DNA of 63,364 nt, filler included. It is 3 parts of 3 records of this genome, joined end to end, with 100 filler letters (N's around TTAATTAATTAA, not from the genome) between each part and the next. Parts side by side here need not be neighbours in the genome. Positions count along the whole stretch, not along the records: positions 1 to 26,129 come from SRR22947727_1061; 2 more parts are not named here. The stretch is one strand, 5' to 3'. Made by a program: the position numbers and the translations under genes. Positions 1 to 9,355 of the stretch are shown here, in pieces; positions within the stretch are counted from its first letter, which is position 1; each line of letters opens with the position of its first letter. The notes below the pieces were generated by a model. That model saw only the letters and a list, made by a program, of their open reading frames with translations, did no database searches and was not told the origin of the DNA.

Positions 1-72
1 TGGTATGATAATGAATGGGGCTTTTCAAACAGAATGATAGATACAATGCTTGATTTAAAAAAACTTTTATAG
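1..72 (+). CDS. gap: Glyceraldehyde-3-phosphate dehydrogenase, C-terminal fragment (5' truncated by window)
   Basis: Frame 1 reads WYDNEWGFSNRMIDTMLDLKKLL*; WYDNEWG.S.R is the GAPDH C-terminal signature. Confidence 0.9.
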   Translation, partial: WYDNEWGFSNRMIDTMLDLKKLL

Positions 73-489
73 GTGAACAAAAAAATATTTGCTTTTACTA
101 TTAATACTCTAGAGGAAGCCGAGAGTATTATTTTAGGGAGTAAAGTTTATAAAAAAAAACCAATTTTACATTTTAAAAAATATTTTCTTTTAGGTTTTGG
201 GGCTGAATTTATTTTAACTTTTCAAAAAATATTAATATCTAAATTTGGTAAATCAAATTTTGAACTGTTTGTAGATTGTGGTTCTGATCAAAGTCTTGCC
301 ATCAATATGGCAAATAAAAAAATTAACTATTTAAAGCTTAAAACCAATTCTATAATTTTATCAAAAATCAAAAATATAGCATATAAAAATAGAGTTTTAT
401 TAAATCCTGCTTTTAATATAGTAGAGTGCAGAAATAGAAAAAATATAAATCTAAAATTAAAAAAGTTGTACTCTAAGGAAAAAAAATGA
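73..489 (+). CDS. Hypothetical protein between gap and efp
   Basis: 138-aa ORF, GTG start directly after gap stop, overlaps efp start; contains a VDCG motif. Confidence 0.7.
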   Translation: MNKKIFAFTINTLEEAESIILGSKVYKKKPILHFKKYFLLGFGAEFILTFQKILISKFGKSNFELFVDCGSDQSLAINMANKKINYLKLKTNSIILSKIKNIAYKNRVLLNPAFNIVECRNRKNINLKLKKLYSKEKK

Positions 490-1055
490 AAATCGATGGG
501 AATCAAATTAAAGTAGGTAATATTTTAGAAATCAACTCCAAGTTATGGCGAGTTTTAAAAACACAACACACACAACCAGGAAAAGGTGGCGCTTACCTTC
601 AAGTTGAAATGAAAGAAATACGTGAGGGTACAAAAATGAATGAGAGGTTTAGATCCTCAGAGAGCGTTGAGCGCGCAATTCTTGAGGAAAAAATATGCCA
701 GTATTTATACTCGGAGAGTAATAAGTTTATGTTCATGGATAACATTACTTATGAGCAAATTGAAATTGGAAATGATATAATTTCTGCTGAACAATCAAAA
801 TTCTTTATTGAAAATGACAATATTAACCTTCAATTTTATGAAGGCTCAGTTGTGGGTTTGGAACTTCCAGAGAGTGTAACACTGAAAGTTGAAGAAACTG
901 AGGCAGTAGTTAAAGGACAAACTGCGGCGTCTTCATATAAACCTGCGTTACTAACTGGTGGAATAAAAACATCTGTCCCTCCATTTATCTCTACCGAGGA
1001 TTTTGTAGTAATAAGTACTGCTGACTCTAGTTATATTGAAAAAGCAAAAAAATAA
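486..1055 (+). CDS. efp: Elongation factor P
   Basis: PGKGGAY loop, KGQTA..SYKPA, VPPFI motifs. Confidence 0.97.
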   Translation: MKIDGNQIKVGNILEINSKLWRVLKTQHTQPGKGGAYLQVEMKEIREGTKMNERFRSSESVERAILEEKICQYLYSESNKFMFMDNITYEQIEIGNDIISAEQSKFFIENDNINLQFYEGSVVGLELPESVTLKVEETEAVVKGQTAASSYKPALLTGGIKTSVPPFISTEDFVVISTADSSYIEKAKK

Positions 1056-1831
1056 TGTTGCCCGCAACAATAAATATTTTTGAGAAGGCGGCTAAAAAAG
1101 CAGGGAGAATATTAGCACGTGATTTTGGCGAAATAGAAAATCTACAAATAAAGTCAAAAAGTATTGGGGATTTTGTTACAAGTGCTGATTTAAAAGTTGA
1201 ACAGTCACTTCTAGAAACCCTAAAGTATTATTATCCTAATGCTAATTTTATTACAGAAGAGTCAGGCTCAATTAAAGGCGACGGAGATACTATTGTAATT
1301 GATCCTATTGATGGAACTTCAAATTTTATTCACGGCATCCCTCATGTAGCAATTGTAATTGGCAAAATTGTAAATGAACAAATCACCGATGGTATAATCT
1401 ATAATCCCATTTTAAATGAATTTTATTGGGCCTCTCATGGAAAAGGCGCATGGCTCAATAATAAAAGAATTAGAGTTTCAAAAAGACAAGATCTGAATGA
1501 ATGTTTAATAGGTACAGGAGCCCCTTTTGGAAAAAGAATTTACTCTGATTATTACAAAGAATTAGAAAAAATCTCTAGATTAACAGCGGGAGTTAGAAGG
1601 TTTGGAGCAGCAGCATTAGATCTTGCATATGTTGCGTCTGGGAAAATAGATGGATTTTGGGAAAAAGATTTAAATTTATGGGATGTCTCTTCTGGAGTTT
1701 TACTTGCTAAAGAAGCAGGAGGGCGTGTAACTGAACCACAAGGAAATATCTGGACTACTAAATCTAGGGATATTTTAGTCTCAAACACATTAATTCATGA
1801 AAAGTTGTTAGAAAATCTTACTTTACTTTAA
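1055..1831 (+). CDS. suhB: Inositol monophosphatase family protein SuhB
   Basis: IDPIDGTSNF, RRFGAAALDLAYVA, WDV..G motifs. Confidence 0.93.
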   Translation: MLPATINIFEKAAKKAGRILARDFGEIENLQIKSKSIGDFVTSADLKVEQSLLETLKYYYPNANFITEESGSIKGDGDTIVIDPIDGTSNFIHGIPHVAIVIGKIVNEQITDGIIYNPILNEFYWASHGKGAWLNNKRIRVSKRQDLNECLIGTGAPFGKRIYSDYYKELEKISRLTAGVRRFGAAALDLAYVASGKIDGFWEKDLNLWDVSSGVLLAKEAGGRVTEPQGNIWTTKSRDILVSNTLIHEKLLENLTLL

Positions 1832-1857
1832 CATATATATAATTATAAGCTTACAGA

Positions 1858-2079
1858 ATGAGAAAAAAAATACACCCAGATTATCATGAAATAAACGTCC
1901 AGATGACAGATGGATCTACTTTTAAGACTAGATCAACTTGGGGCAAAGAAAATGATATTCTAAAACTTGAGATTGATCCCAAATCTCATCCAGCTTGGAC
2001 TGGTGGAAAAGCAAATATAAATGAATCAGAAGGCCAGGTAGCTAGATTCCAAAAAAGATTTAAAGGTCTTAAAGTTTAA
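1858..2079 (+). CDS. rpmE: 50S ribosomal protein L31
   Basis: IHPDYH...[13 protein letters not shown]...RFQKRF. Confidence 0.96.
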   Translation: MRKKIHPDYHEINVQMTDGSTFKTRSTWGKENDILKLEIDPKSHPAWTGGKANINESEGQVARFQKRFKGLKV

Positions 2080-2082
2080 TAT

Positions 2083-2265
2083 TTACTTAAATATATTTTC
2101 AGCTTCACTAATTAACTTTTTTTTCTTAACTTTTTCCATATTGACTCTGTGAATCTCATTTTTGAGCTCTGATGTGTATTTATCTAGGTCCTCAATACTA
2201 AAATCATCAAGATTAACAGATTTAATGGATTTTTTGCTTTCCTCATATTCTAAAAATTCATTCAT
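2083..2265 (-). CDS. DUF1192-family small protein
   Basis: LDDFSIEDL..Y...LKNEI.R...AENIFK pattern; position between rpmE and DUF1013 gene. Confidence 0.7.
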   Translation of the reverse strand: MNEFLEYEESKKSIKSVNLDDFSIEDLDKYTSELKNEIHRVNMEKVKKKKLISEAENIFK

Positions 2266-2336
2266 ATGTAATTATTTTATATAAAATTAAATAGAATATA
2301 TTTATAAGAGTTTTTTTTAAATTAGAAGGATTAACT

Positions 2337-2924
2337 ATGAAATTACCATTAATGCCCAAAGCAACTGCAATCTGGCTGATTGATAATACATCACTTTCAT
2401 TTACTCAAATTTCAGAGTTTTGTGGTCTTCATGAGCTCGAAGTTGAAGGAATTGCTGATGGAGAGGTAGCTGTTGGTATGCGTGGTTATGATCCTATTGA
2501 TAATAAGCAACTTACTAGAGAGGAAATTAAAAGATGTGAGGCTGATGATTCAGCTAGATTAGAGCTTATATCATCGAAAACAATTGAGTCACTTCCTCCG
2601 AGAAAAAAAGATACTAAATACACACCTCTGTCACTAAGACAGGAAAAACCTTTTGCAATTTTATGGTTAATCAAAAGATATCAATCTGAGCTAAGCAGCT
2701 CACAAATAGCAAAGCTTACAGGTTCAACCAAAAATACTGTCGATGCAATACGTAGCGGGACTTTTAGAGAGGCTATTCTTGAATCGAAAAGTCCGATGGA
2801 TACAGGCCTATGTACATACCAAGATCTTGAAAAGGCATTAAACAGAGCGAAAAATAAAAAAGATAAAGCTGAAGCTGAAGCAGAAACTCAAGCTGAGGTA
2901 AAATCAAAAGATGCAGTTAACTAG
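2337..2924 (+). CDS. trcR: DUF1013 family / TrcR-like transcriptional regulator
   Basis: PLMPKATAIWLIDNTSLSFTQI..FCGLHELEV.GIADGEV N-terminus typical of alphaproteobacterial DUF1013. Confidence 0.88.
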   Translation: MKLPLMPKATAIWLIDNTSLSFTQISEFCGLHELEVEGIADGEVAVGMRGYDPIDNKQLTREEIKRCEADDSARLELISSKTIESLPPRKKDTKYTPLSLRQEKPFAILWLIKRYQSELSSSQIAKLTGSTKNTVDAIRSGTFREAILESKSPMDTGLCTYQDLEKALNRAKNKKDKAEAEAETQAEVKSKDAVN

Positions 2925-3435
2925 ATTTGAATTTTATTATATAATTTAAATAAAAGATCATTAGAACTGACCAAAAAACTATCATTAAAATAAGAAATAC
3001 AAAAAAATTGTTTATATTTATTAATCCAAGGGGACTACCTGCAAAATAAGTAAGTGGACCAAGAATACTACTAAGTAGAACGGCAATTACTTTATATTTA
3101 GATAAAAATACTAAAATCTCATCAAACAAAATTGCAAAACTTGGCCATAAAACAATCATCCATATTGGTAACACACCGACATATAAAGATGTTTTAAAAT
3201 TATAAATTTCAAAAAAGACCATAAATGAATCGAATAGATAGCCCATTAAAGAAATTGAAAAGACTATTAAGCTAGTTTTTTTTTTATTTTCTGATTTTAC
3301 AAAACAAATAGCTAAAAAGAATAAGCCACATATTAAACCCGGAATATAACTATTATACCATAACTCTCCAAAAACGCACATTAGCCAAGTTAATTGATAA
3401 CCCGAAAGCATTAAAAAAATATTAATTTTACTCAT
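2917..3435 (-). CDS. DUF2878-family membrane protein
   Basis: Hydrophobic; YQLTWL.CV, PIWM..LW..FA, GPLTYFAG motifs; last gene of the cfa-like operon. Confidence 0.8.
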   Translation of the reverse strand: MSKINIFLMLSGYQLTWLMCVFGELWYNSYIPGLICGLFFLAICFVKSENKKKTSLIVFSISLMGYLFDSFMVFFEIYNFKTSLYVGVLPIWMIVLWPSFAILFDEILVFLSKYKVIAVLLSSILGPLTYFAGSPLGLININNFFVFLILMIVFWSVLMIFYLNYIIKFKSS

Positions 3436-4622
3436 TTATTTATAAGGAAATGTGATACATCAGTTGATTTACTTATAAAGCCTGTTTCACAATAAGCTAA
3501 GTAAAATTCCCACATCCTTTTGAATCTTTTATTAAAACCCAATTGAAGCAAATCTTGCCATGAGTTTTGAAATTGATTATTCCACATATTTAGAGTTTTG
3601 GCGTATGACAGCCCAAAACTTTTTACTTCACTAAAATTGAGACCGACCTTTTGATTTATTTCTAAAAGCTCTTTTTTAGTTGGAAGCATACCACCTGGAA
3701 AGATGTATTGTTGAATAAAATCAGGTTGACTTTGATAGTTAAAAGACCGCTTTTCATCTATAGTAATAATTTGCAGGACAGCTTTTCCAGAATTAACTAA
3801 AGAATTTTTAACAACATCAAAATATTTTTCCCAATATTTTTTTCCTACAGCTTCAAACATCTCTATAGAAGCTATATTTGAGTATTGTGAGTCAATATCT
3901 CTATAATCTTTAAATTTAATTGAAACTTTTTCACCCAAACCTTCTTTTTGAATTTTATTTGAAGCATATTCAAATTGAGCTTTAGATATTGTAATTGCAT
4001 CAATTTTAGATTTAAAATTCTTAGCTGCATAAGTTGAAAAACCACCCCATCCACAACCAATTTCTAAAACTTTAGAATTCTCGTTCAAATTTAGAGATTC
4101 TGCTATTTTCTGATATTTATTTAATTGAGCATCAAATAAATTATCATTTTCTTTTTCAAAATATGCTGACGAATATGTCATGCTACTATCTAACCATCGG
4201 GTATAAAATTTATTACCCAAGTCATAATGATATTCAATATTTTTTTTACTTTGAGACTTAGAATTTTCATTGAGAAAGTGTTTAAATTTTGAATAAATAT
4301 TAAAAAAAATATTTGATTTTAAATTTTCTAAAAAATCATTTTCATTTCTAAATGCAAGCAATAATAAACTTGTTAAATTAGAAGAGCTAAAATCTCCATC
4401 CATATAGGACTCTGCAAAACCAACTGATTTTTTCTTTAAAATCTTAGATATAAATTTGTAATTATTTATAGTTAAATCTGCTGTGTAATCATGATCATTG
4501 CCTTTAAAAATCTTAATAGAGCCAGATGGAAATTTTACTTTCAGTTCTCCATGTTTAATTTTTGATAAAAATTTTTGCGTGACAAGCTCAAATGGTTGCT
4601 GAAATTTGCTGTTTTTATTCAT
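3432..4622 (-). CDS. cfa: Cfa/UfaM-like SAM-dependent fatty-acyl phospholipid methyltransferase
   Basis: HYDLGN.FY, MTYSSA, LEIGCGWG, SIEMFEAVG, FIQQYIFPGG, RMWEFYLAYCE. Confidence 0.9.
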   Translation of the reverse strand: MNKNSKFQQPFELVTQKFLSKIKHGELKVKFPSGSIKIFKGNDHDYTADLTINNYKFISKILKKKSVGFAESYMDGDFSSSNLTSLLLLAFRNENDFLENLKSNIFFNIYSKFKHFLNENSKSQSKKNIEYHYDLGNKFYTRWLDSSMTYSSAYFEKENDNLFDAQLNKYQKIAESLNLNENSKVLEIGCGWGGFSTYAAKNFKSKIDAITISKAQFEYASNKIQKEGLGEKVSIKFKDYRDIDSQYSNIASIEMFEAVGKKYWEKYFDVVKNSLVNSGKAVLQIITIDEKRSFNYQSQPDFIQQYIFPGGMLPTKKELLEINQKVGLNFSEVKSFGLSYAKTLNMWNNQFQNSWQDLLQLGFNKRFKRMWEFYLAYCETGFISKSTDVSHFLINK

Positions 4623-5395
4623 TAAAAGCTTCCTTCAAAAGAAATTGTGTCTTTAGATTTTTTGTCTCTAGCATAATATTTACCACCTTTAAAAGTAATT
4701 CTTATAGCCTCAAATAAGATTGCCGACATAACTTTAAAACCTAATAGTGGATTTAAAAAATTATACTTTAATAATTTGGAAGCTTTAAAAGTAGTAAATT
4801 TTCCTGATTGAGCTGCCATAAGTACTTTCTTATTATTGCTATCATATAGGTCTATAATAATATTTAAATAGTCATTAGTAAGTTTATTTGTAAAACAGTA
4901 CTTACCCTTCATTCCAATAAAAGGAGAGACGTAGAAATTTTTTTCACACTCATGTTTTAAAGTTATTGAATTTTTATTTTGACCCCTTCTAAAGAAATAA
5001 GTATGTTGTTCATTCGAGGTATTTTTTACCTCATAAAATATTGAAATTAATTTACCTTCGTCATAGCAATAAATTATTGAGAGAGGATTAAATACATACC
5101 CAATAATTCTTGGGAAACAAAGTATCTTAATTTTTAATTTATTGTATTTAACATTATGACTTTTTAACTTATCTTTAATAAATTCATCTATTGATCTTCC
5201 ATCTCTATATCCATGATCTTTTTCATAGAAGGAAAATATATTAAAAGAATTTATTGAAAAGATCTTTGACTTTGATTTTATAACTTCAAGTTCATCTAAA
5301 TCGATAAATAAACTTGGAACTTTATATTTAAAAAAATGTTGAATTTTATCATAACGTTTGTGAACTATTGAAGAAAGTATAATCTTGGTGTTCAT
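4622..5395 (-). CDS. DUF1365 family protein (UfaO-like)
   Basis: H.R...H.F.Y, PRIIGYVFNPLS..YC, EVKNT..E.HTY, K.FYVSPF. Confidence 0.88.
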   Translation of the reverse strand: MNTKIILSSIVHKRYDKIQHFFKYKVPSLFIDLDELEVIKSKSKIFSINSFNIFSFYEKDHGYRDGRSIDEFIKDKLKSHNVKYNKLKIKILCFPRIIGYVFNPLSIIYCYDEGKLISIFYEVKNTSNEQHTYFFRRGQNKNSITLKHECEKNFYVSPFIGMKGKYCFTNKLTNDYLNIIIDLYDSNNKKVLMAAQSGKFTTFKASKLLKYNFLNPLLGFKVMSAILFEAIRITFKGGKYYARDKKSKDTISFEGSF

Positions 5396-5400
5396 TTGAA

Positions 5401-6693
5401 TTAATATAATAACCTATTATAAAAGTCATTATCCCTTTTCCAAGGTATATCAATACCCAGCATCTTTGAAATATAGACAGCTGATTGAATTCCATCTTCA
5501 TGAAATCCATAGCCATGATATGCGCCACAAAAGAATGTATTGTTAATACCTTGTAAATCTTTTAATTTATTTTGAGATTTCATAGTTTGTAAATTAAATT
5601 TAGGATGTGTGAAAAATGTTTCATTATGTGTATTTTCAGGAATCTTCTGTGGATTAATTGTAACAAAATATTCTTTGCTAGTTTTTAATTTTTGAAGATT
5701 ATTCATCCAGTAAGTTAGAGTAAAGTTTGTATTTGCTTTTTCACTTTTAATAAAATTCCAACTAGACCAAGTTTTATTATTTTTTGGCATCAATGATCTA
5801 TCTGAATGAAGATATGCTCTATTTTTAGTATAGTCAAACTTTGATAAAATTTCCTTTTCATTGTTTGTTGGGTTATTAATTATTTGTAAAGCTTGATCTG
5901 CATGAGTTGCAATAATAATGTAATCAAAGGCAACTTCTTCATCATTATTAATAATTTTGATATTTTTTTCAGAACGAATTATCTTATCTATTTTTGTATT
6001 AAGACTAAAACTAAATTTATCCATATCTATAATTTTTTTTATATATGTATTACTTCCGCCCTGAACAAATTTCCATTGTGGTCTATCTTTAAAGTTGAAT
6101 AGATCATGATTATTAAAGAAGTTTAAAAATAATTTTAGGGGAAAATTACTTACATCTCTCTGATTAGCAGACCATATCGATGATATTAAAGGGTAAATAT
6201 GTAGTTCTTTTAAATATAGAGAAAAATGATTTTTTTGAAGAAAATCTTCGATAGTATAATGATTAGTTATATTATCTAACTTTGTATATTTACATAATTT
6301 ATAAAAACGATAAATTTCATAGATCATTTTTAAATAATTAATATTAAATATATTCCTGTATTGAGCAAATAAAGATTTTAAATTTTTTCCTCCATATTCA
6401 ATATTATAGTCAACATCTGAAACAGCAAAAGACATATCAGAATTTATTGTTTGCACACCTAAATGATCAAAAAATTTAATTAAATCTGGATAGTTTCTAT
6501 CATTAAAAACTATAAAACCTGTATCAATTGAAAGATTATTATCTGTAGATACTTTTATCGTCCTAGTATGACCACCTAAATAGTTATTTTTTTCAAATAA
6601 ATGAACATCATATTTTGAGGAAAGCAAATAAGAGGCGCTTATTCCAGAAATTCCTGATCCAATTACAGCAATTTTTTTTTTATTATTATACAC
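5401..6693 (-). CDS. FAD/NAD-binding amine-oxidase-family oxidoreductase (UfaD-like)
   Basis: IAVIGSGISG Rossmann motif, GGHTRT, DTGFIVFN.RNYP, GFHEDG..SA. Confidence 0.88.
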   Translation of the reverse strand: MYNNKKKIAVIGSGISGISASYLLSSKYDVHLFEKNNYLGGHTRTIKVSTDNNLSIDTGFIVFNDRNYPDLIKFFDHLGVQTINSDMSFAVSDVDYNIEYGGKNLKSLFAQYRNIFNINYLKMIYEIYRFYKLCKYTKLDNITNHYTIEDFLQKNHFSLYLKELHIYPLISSIWSANQRDVSNFPLKLFLNFFNNHDLFNFKDRPQWKFVQGGSNTYIKKIIDMDKFSFSLNTKIDKIIRSEKNIKIINNDEEVAFDYIIIATHADQALQIINNPTNNEKEILSKFDYTKNRAYLHSDRSLMPKNNKTWSSWNFIKSEKANTNFTLTYWMNNLQKLKTSKEYFVTINPQKIPENTHNETFFTHPKFNLQTMKSQNKLKDLQGINNTFFCGAYHGYGFHEDGIQSAVYISKMLGIDIPWKRDNDFYNRLLY

Positions 6694-8107
6694 TTATTTT
6701 TTTAAAAGCGGCTAGAGCTCTTTTTCTTGTGTCACTTAAATCAACGATTGGTTTGGGATAATCTCGTCCTAATTTAAAATTATATTTTTCTTGTTCATCG
6801 ATTGTCATTTCCCATGGAGAATGAATAAATTTCTCTGGAATTTTGTTAAGAGAAGGTAAGAATTTTTTTACATATTCACCCCTAGGGTCAAATTTCTTTC
6901 CCTGTAATATTGGGTTAAATATTCTAAAGTATGGACTCGCATCTGCTCCACTTCCTGAAATCCATTGCCATCCTGACGAATTGGAACCAATGTCCGCATC
7001 AACCAAAGTATCAAAAAACCATCGCTCTCCCTCTTTCCAATGAAGTAAGAGATTTTTTGTTAAAAATGAACCGACGATCATTCTTACTCTGTTATGCATC
7101 CAACCCATTTCATAGAGCTCTTTCATTCCCGCATCGACAATGGGAATTCCAGTTTTTCCATGCTTCCAAGTCAATAAACTTTTTTTATCTTTTAACCATG
7201 GAAATTTTATAAATTTTGATTGTATTGGAAGCTCAGTCATTTCTGGATAATTAAATAGAAGATTATAAGAAAAATCTCTCCACCCAATTTCAGATAAAAA
7301 TTTTTTTTTATTATCATCATCAATATTAGATTTCATTACTTCAGTAAAAATTGTTTTAGGAGAAATCTCACCAAAATGTAAATGAGGGGATAATTTTGAA
7401 GTAAAGTCAGTATCAGGTCTATCTCTACCGATACCATAATTAAATAATTTGTTATTTATAAATTTTTGAAGTTTTACTTTAGCGGCACTTTCACCAATCT
7501 CCCAATAAGAAAGCATTTTATTCATCCATTCTTTTTTTGGTGTATTTAGTTTTAGTTCATCTATTTTTAAAACTGAGGTAATACCTTTGTTATAAAAGTT
7601 ATATTTTTTTGATGAGTTTGAAACTAATTTTTTACTTAATATTTCAAAATTGGTTTTCCAAAAAGGTGTAAAAACTTTGAAAAAACTTCCAGATTTATTT
7701 TTTATCTCCCATGGCTCTGATAATAGATATCCATTAAAACTACTGCAATCAATGAATTTTTTAATCAGACATGATTTAATCTCTTTGTCCCTTTCAATTG
7801 AATGCTTGTCATACAATCTATTCCAACTAACACTTGATATTTTATTTTCTAAAATAATTTTATTAAAAATTTTTTTTGGATCTCCTTTAAAAATATAAAG
7901 CTTACTATCAAGTCTACGTAATTCATTATTTAAGATTTCTAATGATTTTTCCAGCCAACACTTAGATGCCTGACCCAGTTCAATCTTTTCTTCGTAAATG
8001 TATACAGGTATTATTTTATCAACTTGCTTATTAAGATGAATGAGTGAAGGATTATCATTGAGACGTAAATCTAGTCTAAACCAGTGAATTCCTATTTTAT
8101 CTGCCAT
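6686..8107 (-). CDS. phr: Deoxyribodipyrimidine photolyase (class III / PhrA-like)
   Basis: WFR.DLRL.DNP, TSKLSPHLHFGEISP, GWRDF, MHNRVRMIVGSFL.K, WQW..G.GADA.PYFRIFNP. Confidence 0.93.
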   Translation of the reverse strand: MADKIGIHWFRLDLRLNDNPSLIHLNKQVDKIIPVYIYEEKIELGQASKCWLEKSLEILNNELRRLDSKLYIFKGDPKKIFNKIILENKISSVSWNRLYDKHSIERDKEIKSCLIKKFIDCSSFNGYLLSEPWEIKNKSGSFFKVFTPFWKTNFEILSKKLVSNSSKKYNFYNKGITSVLKIDELKLNTPKKEWMNKMLSYWEIGESAAKVKLQKFINNKLFNYGIGRDRPDTDFTSKLSPHLHFGEISPKTIFTEVMKSNIDDDNKKKFLSEIGWRDFSYNLLFNYPEMTELPIQSKFIKFPWLKDKKSLLTWKHGKTGIPIVDAGMKELYEMGWMHNRVRMIVGSFLTKNLLLHWKEGERWFFDTLVDADIGSNSSGWQWISGSGADASPYFRIFNPILQGKKFDPRGEYVKKFLPSLNKIPEKFIHSPWEMTIDEQEKYNFKLGRDYPKPIVDLSDTRKRALAAFKKISV

Positions 8108-8149
8108 AGGTATAAAGGTAGGTTAGAATAATTATAAAAAAAGATAATT

Positions 8150-8344
8150 TTACTTACTATGTGGTGGCATTTTTTTCTCAACAAACCAAACATGTTTCTT
8201 GAGAACGGGGTCATATTTTTTTAACCTTAATTTTTCTGCAACTTTCATACCCTTTGTTGGTTTTCTAACAATATATTTTGTTCCTGTTTTAGGGTTTTCT
8301 TCAGGGATAAGCTGCTTTAATGCGTATGAAGTTTTCTTTGCCAT
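8150..8344 (-). CDS. rpmG: 50S ribosomal protein L33 (zinc-free type)
   Basis: TG..Y...K, KLRLKKYDPVLKKHVWFVE. Confidence 0.9.
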   Translation of the reverse strand: MAKKTSYALKQLIPEENPKTGTKYIVRKPTKGMKVAEKLRLKKYDPVLKKHVWFVEKKMPPHSK

Positions 8345-8385
8345 ATGGATCCTATATATTAAAATTTATCTAAATAAAGTATTTT

Positions 8386-9318
8386 TTAAAGATCATTAAC
8401 TGTCTGCTTTATATAAGGGCTATAGAGTCCTTTTTTCTTTGCAACTTTAATTTGCTTGCTTCTATCTTTTAAACTTTTTTTCTTTAACTCACTTATTTTG
8501 CCATAGCAATTAGGACATGATGTTTGTTTTTTATATTTTTTTGATTTAAGCACATCTTGAGAAAGTGGGTATCGGCAAGCATGACAAAGCTCATATGAAC
8601 CATCTTTGAGTTCATTTTTTATTGAAACCCTATTATCAAATACAAAACATTCGCCATTCCATAATGAGTTTTCAAAAGAGGTTTTTTCTAAATAACTTAA
8701 GATACCTCCATGGAGTTGATTTATGTCTTTAAACCCTTTTTTTATCATATATGAAGAAATTTTTTCACACCTTATTCCACCTGTACAAAACATAGCAATT
8801 TTTTTATCTTTTGCTTTATTTAAATTATTTTTTATGTAACTTTTAAACTCAGTAAAACTTTTAGTATTGGGATTTATAGAATTTTTAAATGTTCCCATTT
8901 CTACTTCAAAATTATTTCTCACATCAATCAAAATAGTTTCTTGATTTAATATAAGATTATTCCAGTCCTCAGGTTTGATTTTTTTTCCAGTAATATTTTC
9001 AGTATCTACATCCTTAGACCTAAGGGTAACAATTTCTTTTTTATTTTTTACCTTTAGCCTGAAGAATGGATTAAATTTAGAATATGAATATTTAGAATTA
9101 TAATTTGTAAACCCTAATCCTTTCAAATGTAACTCAAATTTTATTATACTTGCAGAAATACCAGCAATTGTTCCGTTAATACCCTCTTCTGCTAAAATTA
9201 TAGTACCTTTTATTTTATTAAATTTACAAAAGTGGGATAACTCATTTTTGATTATTAAAATATCATCTATTTTCTTAAATTGATAAAAAGTAATAATAGT
9301 AAATTTAGAATTTATCAT
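8386..9318 (-). CDS. trhO: Rhodanese-domain tRNA uridine-34 hydroxylase (UPF0176)
   Basis: GTIILAEEGINGT, DVRNNFE, FCTGGIRCEK, GECFVFD.RV. Confidence 0.9.
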   Translation of the reverse strand: MINSKFTIITFYQFKKIDDILIIKNELSHFCKFNKIKGTIILAEEGINGTIAGISASIIKFELHLKGLGFTNYNSKYSYSKFNPFFRLKVKNKKEIVTLRSKDVDTENITGKKIKPEDWNNLILNQETILIDVRNNFEVEMGTFKNSINPNTKSFTEFKSYIKNNLNKAKDKKIAMFCTGGIRCEKISSYMIKKGFKDINQLHGGILSYLEKTSFENSLWNGECFVFDNRVSIKNELKDGSYELCHACRYPLSQDVLKSKKYKKQTSCPNCYGKISELKKKSLKDRSKQIKVAKKKGLYSPYIKQTVNDL

Positions 9319-9355
9319 TTAATTATCTAAATATAATAACCTGACAACTATTTCT

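Noticed and set aside
2865-2898. GCTGAA tandem-like repeat at the trcR 3' end
   Set aside because: Encodes a low-complexity AEAEAE tail; not a regulatory repeat.
8368-8395. TGATCT...TTAGA on the minus strand upstream of rpmG/phr as a sigmaE (RpoE/ChrR) promoter
   Set aside because: Imperfect -35 and the spacing does not match the sigmaE consensus as I recall it; likely chance in AT-rich DNA.
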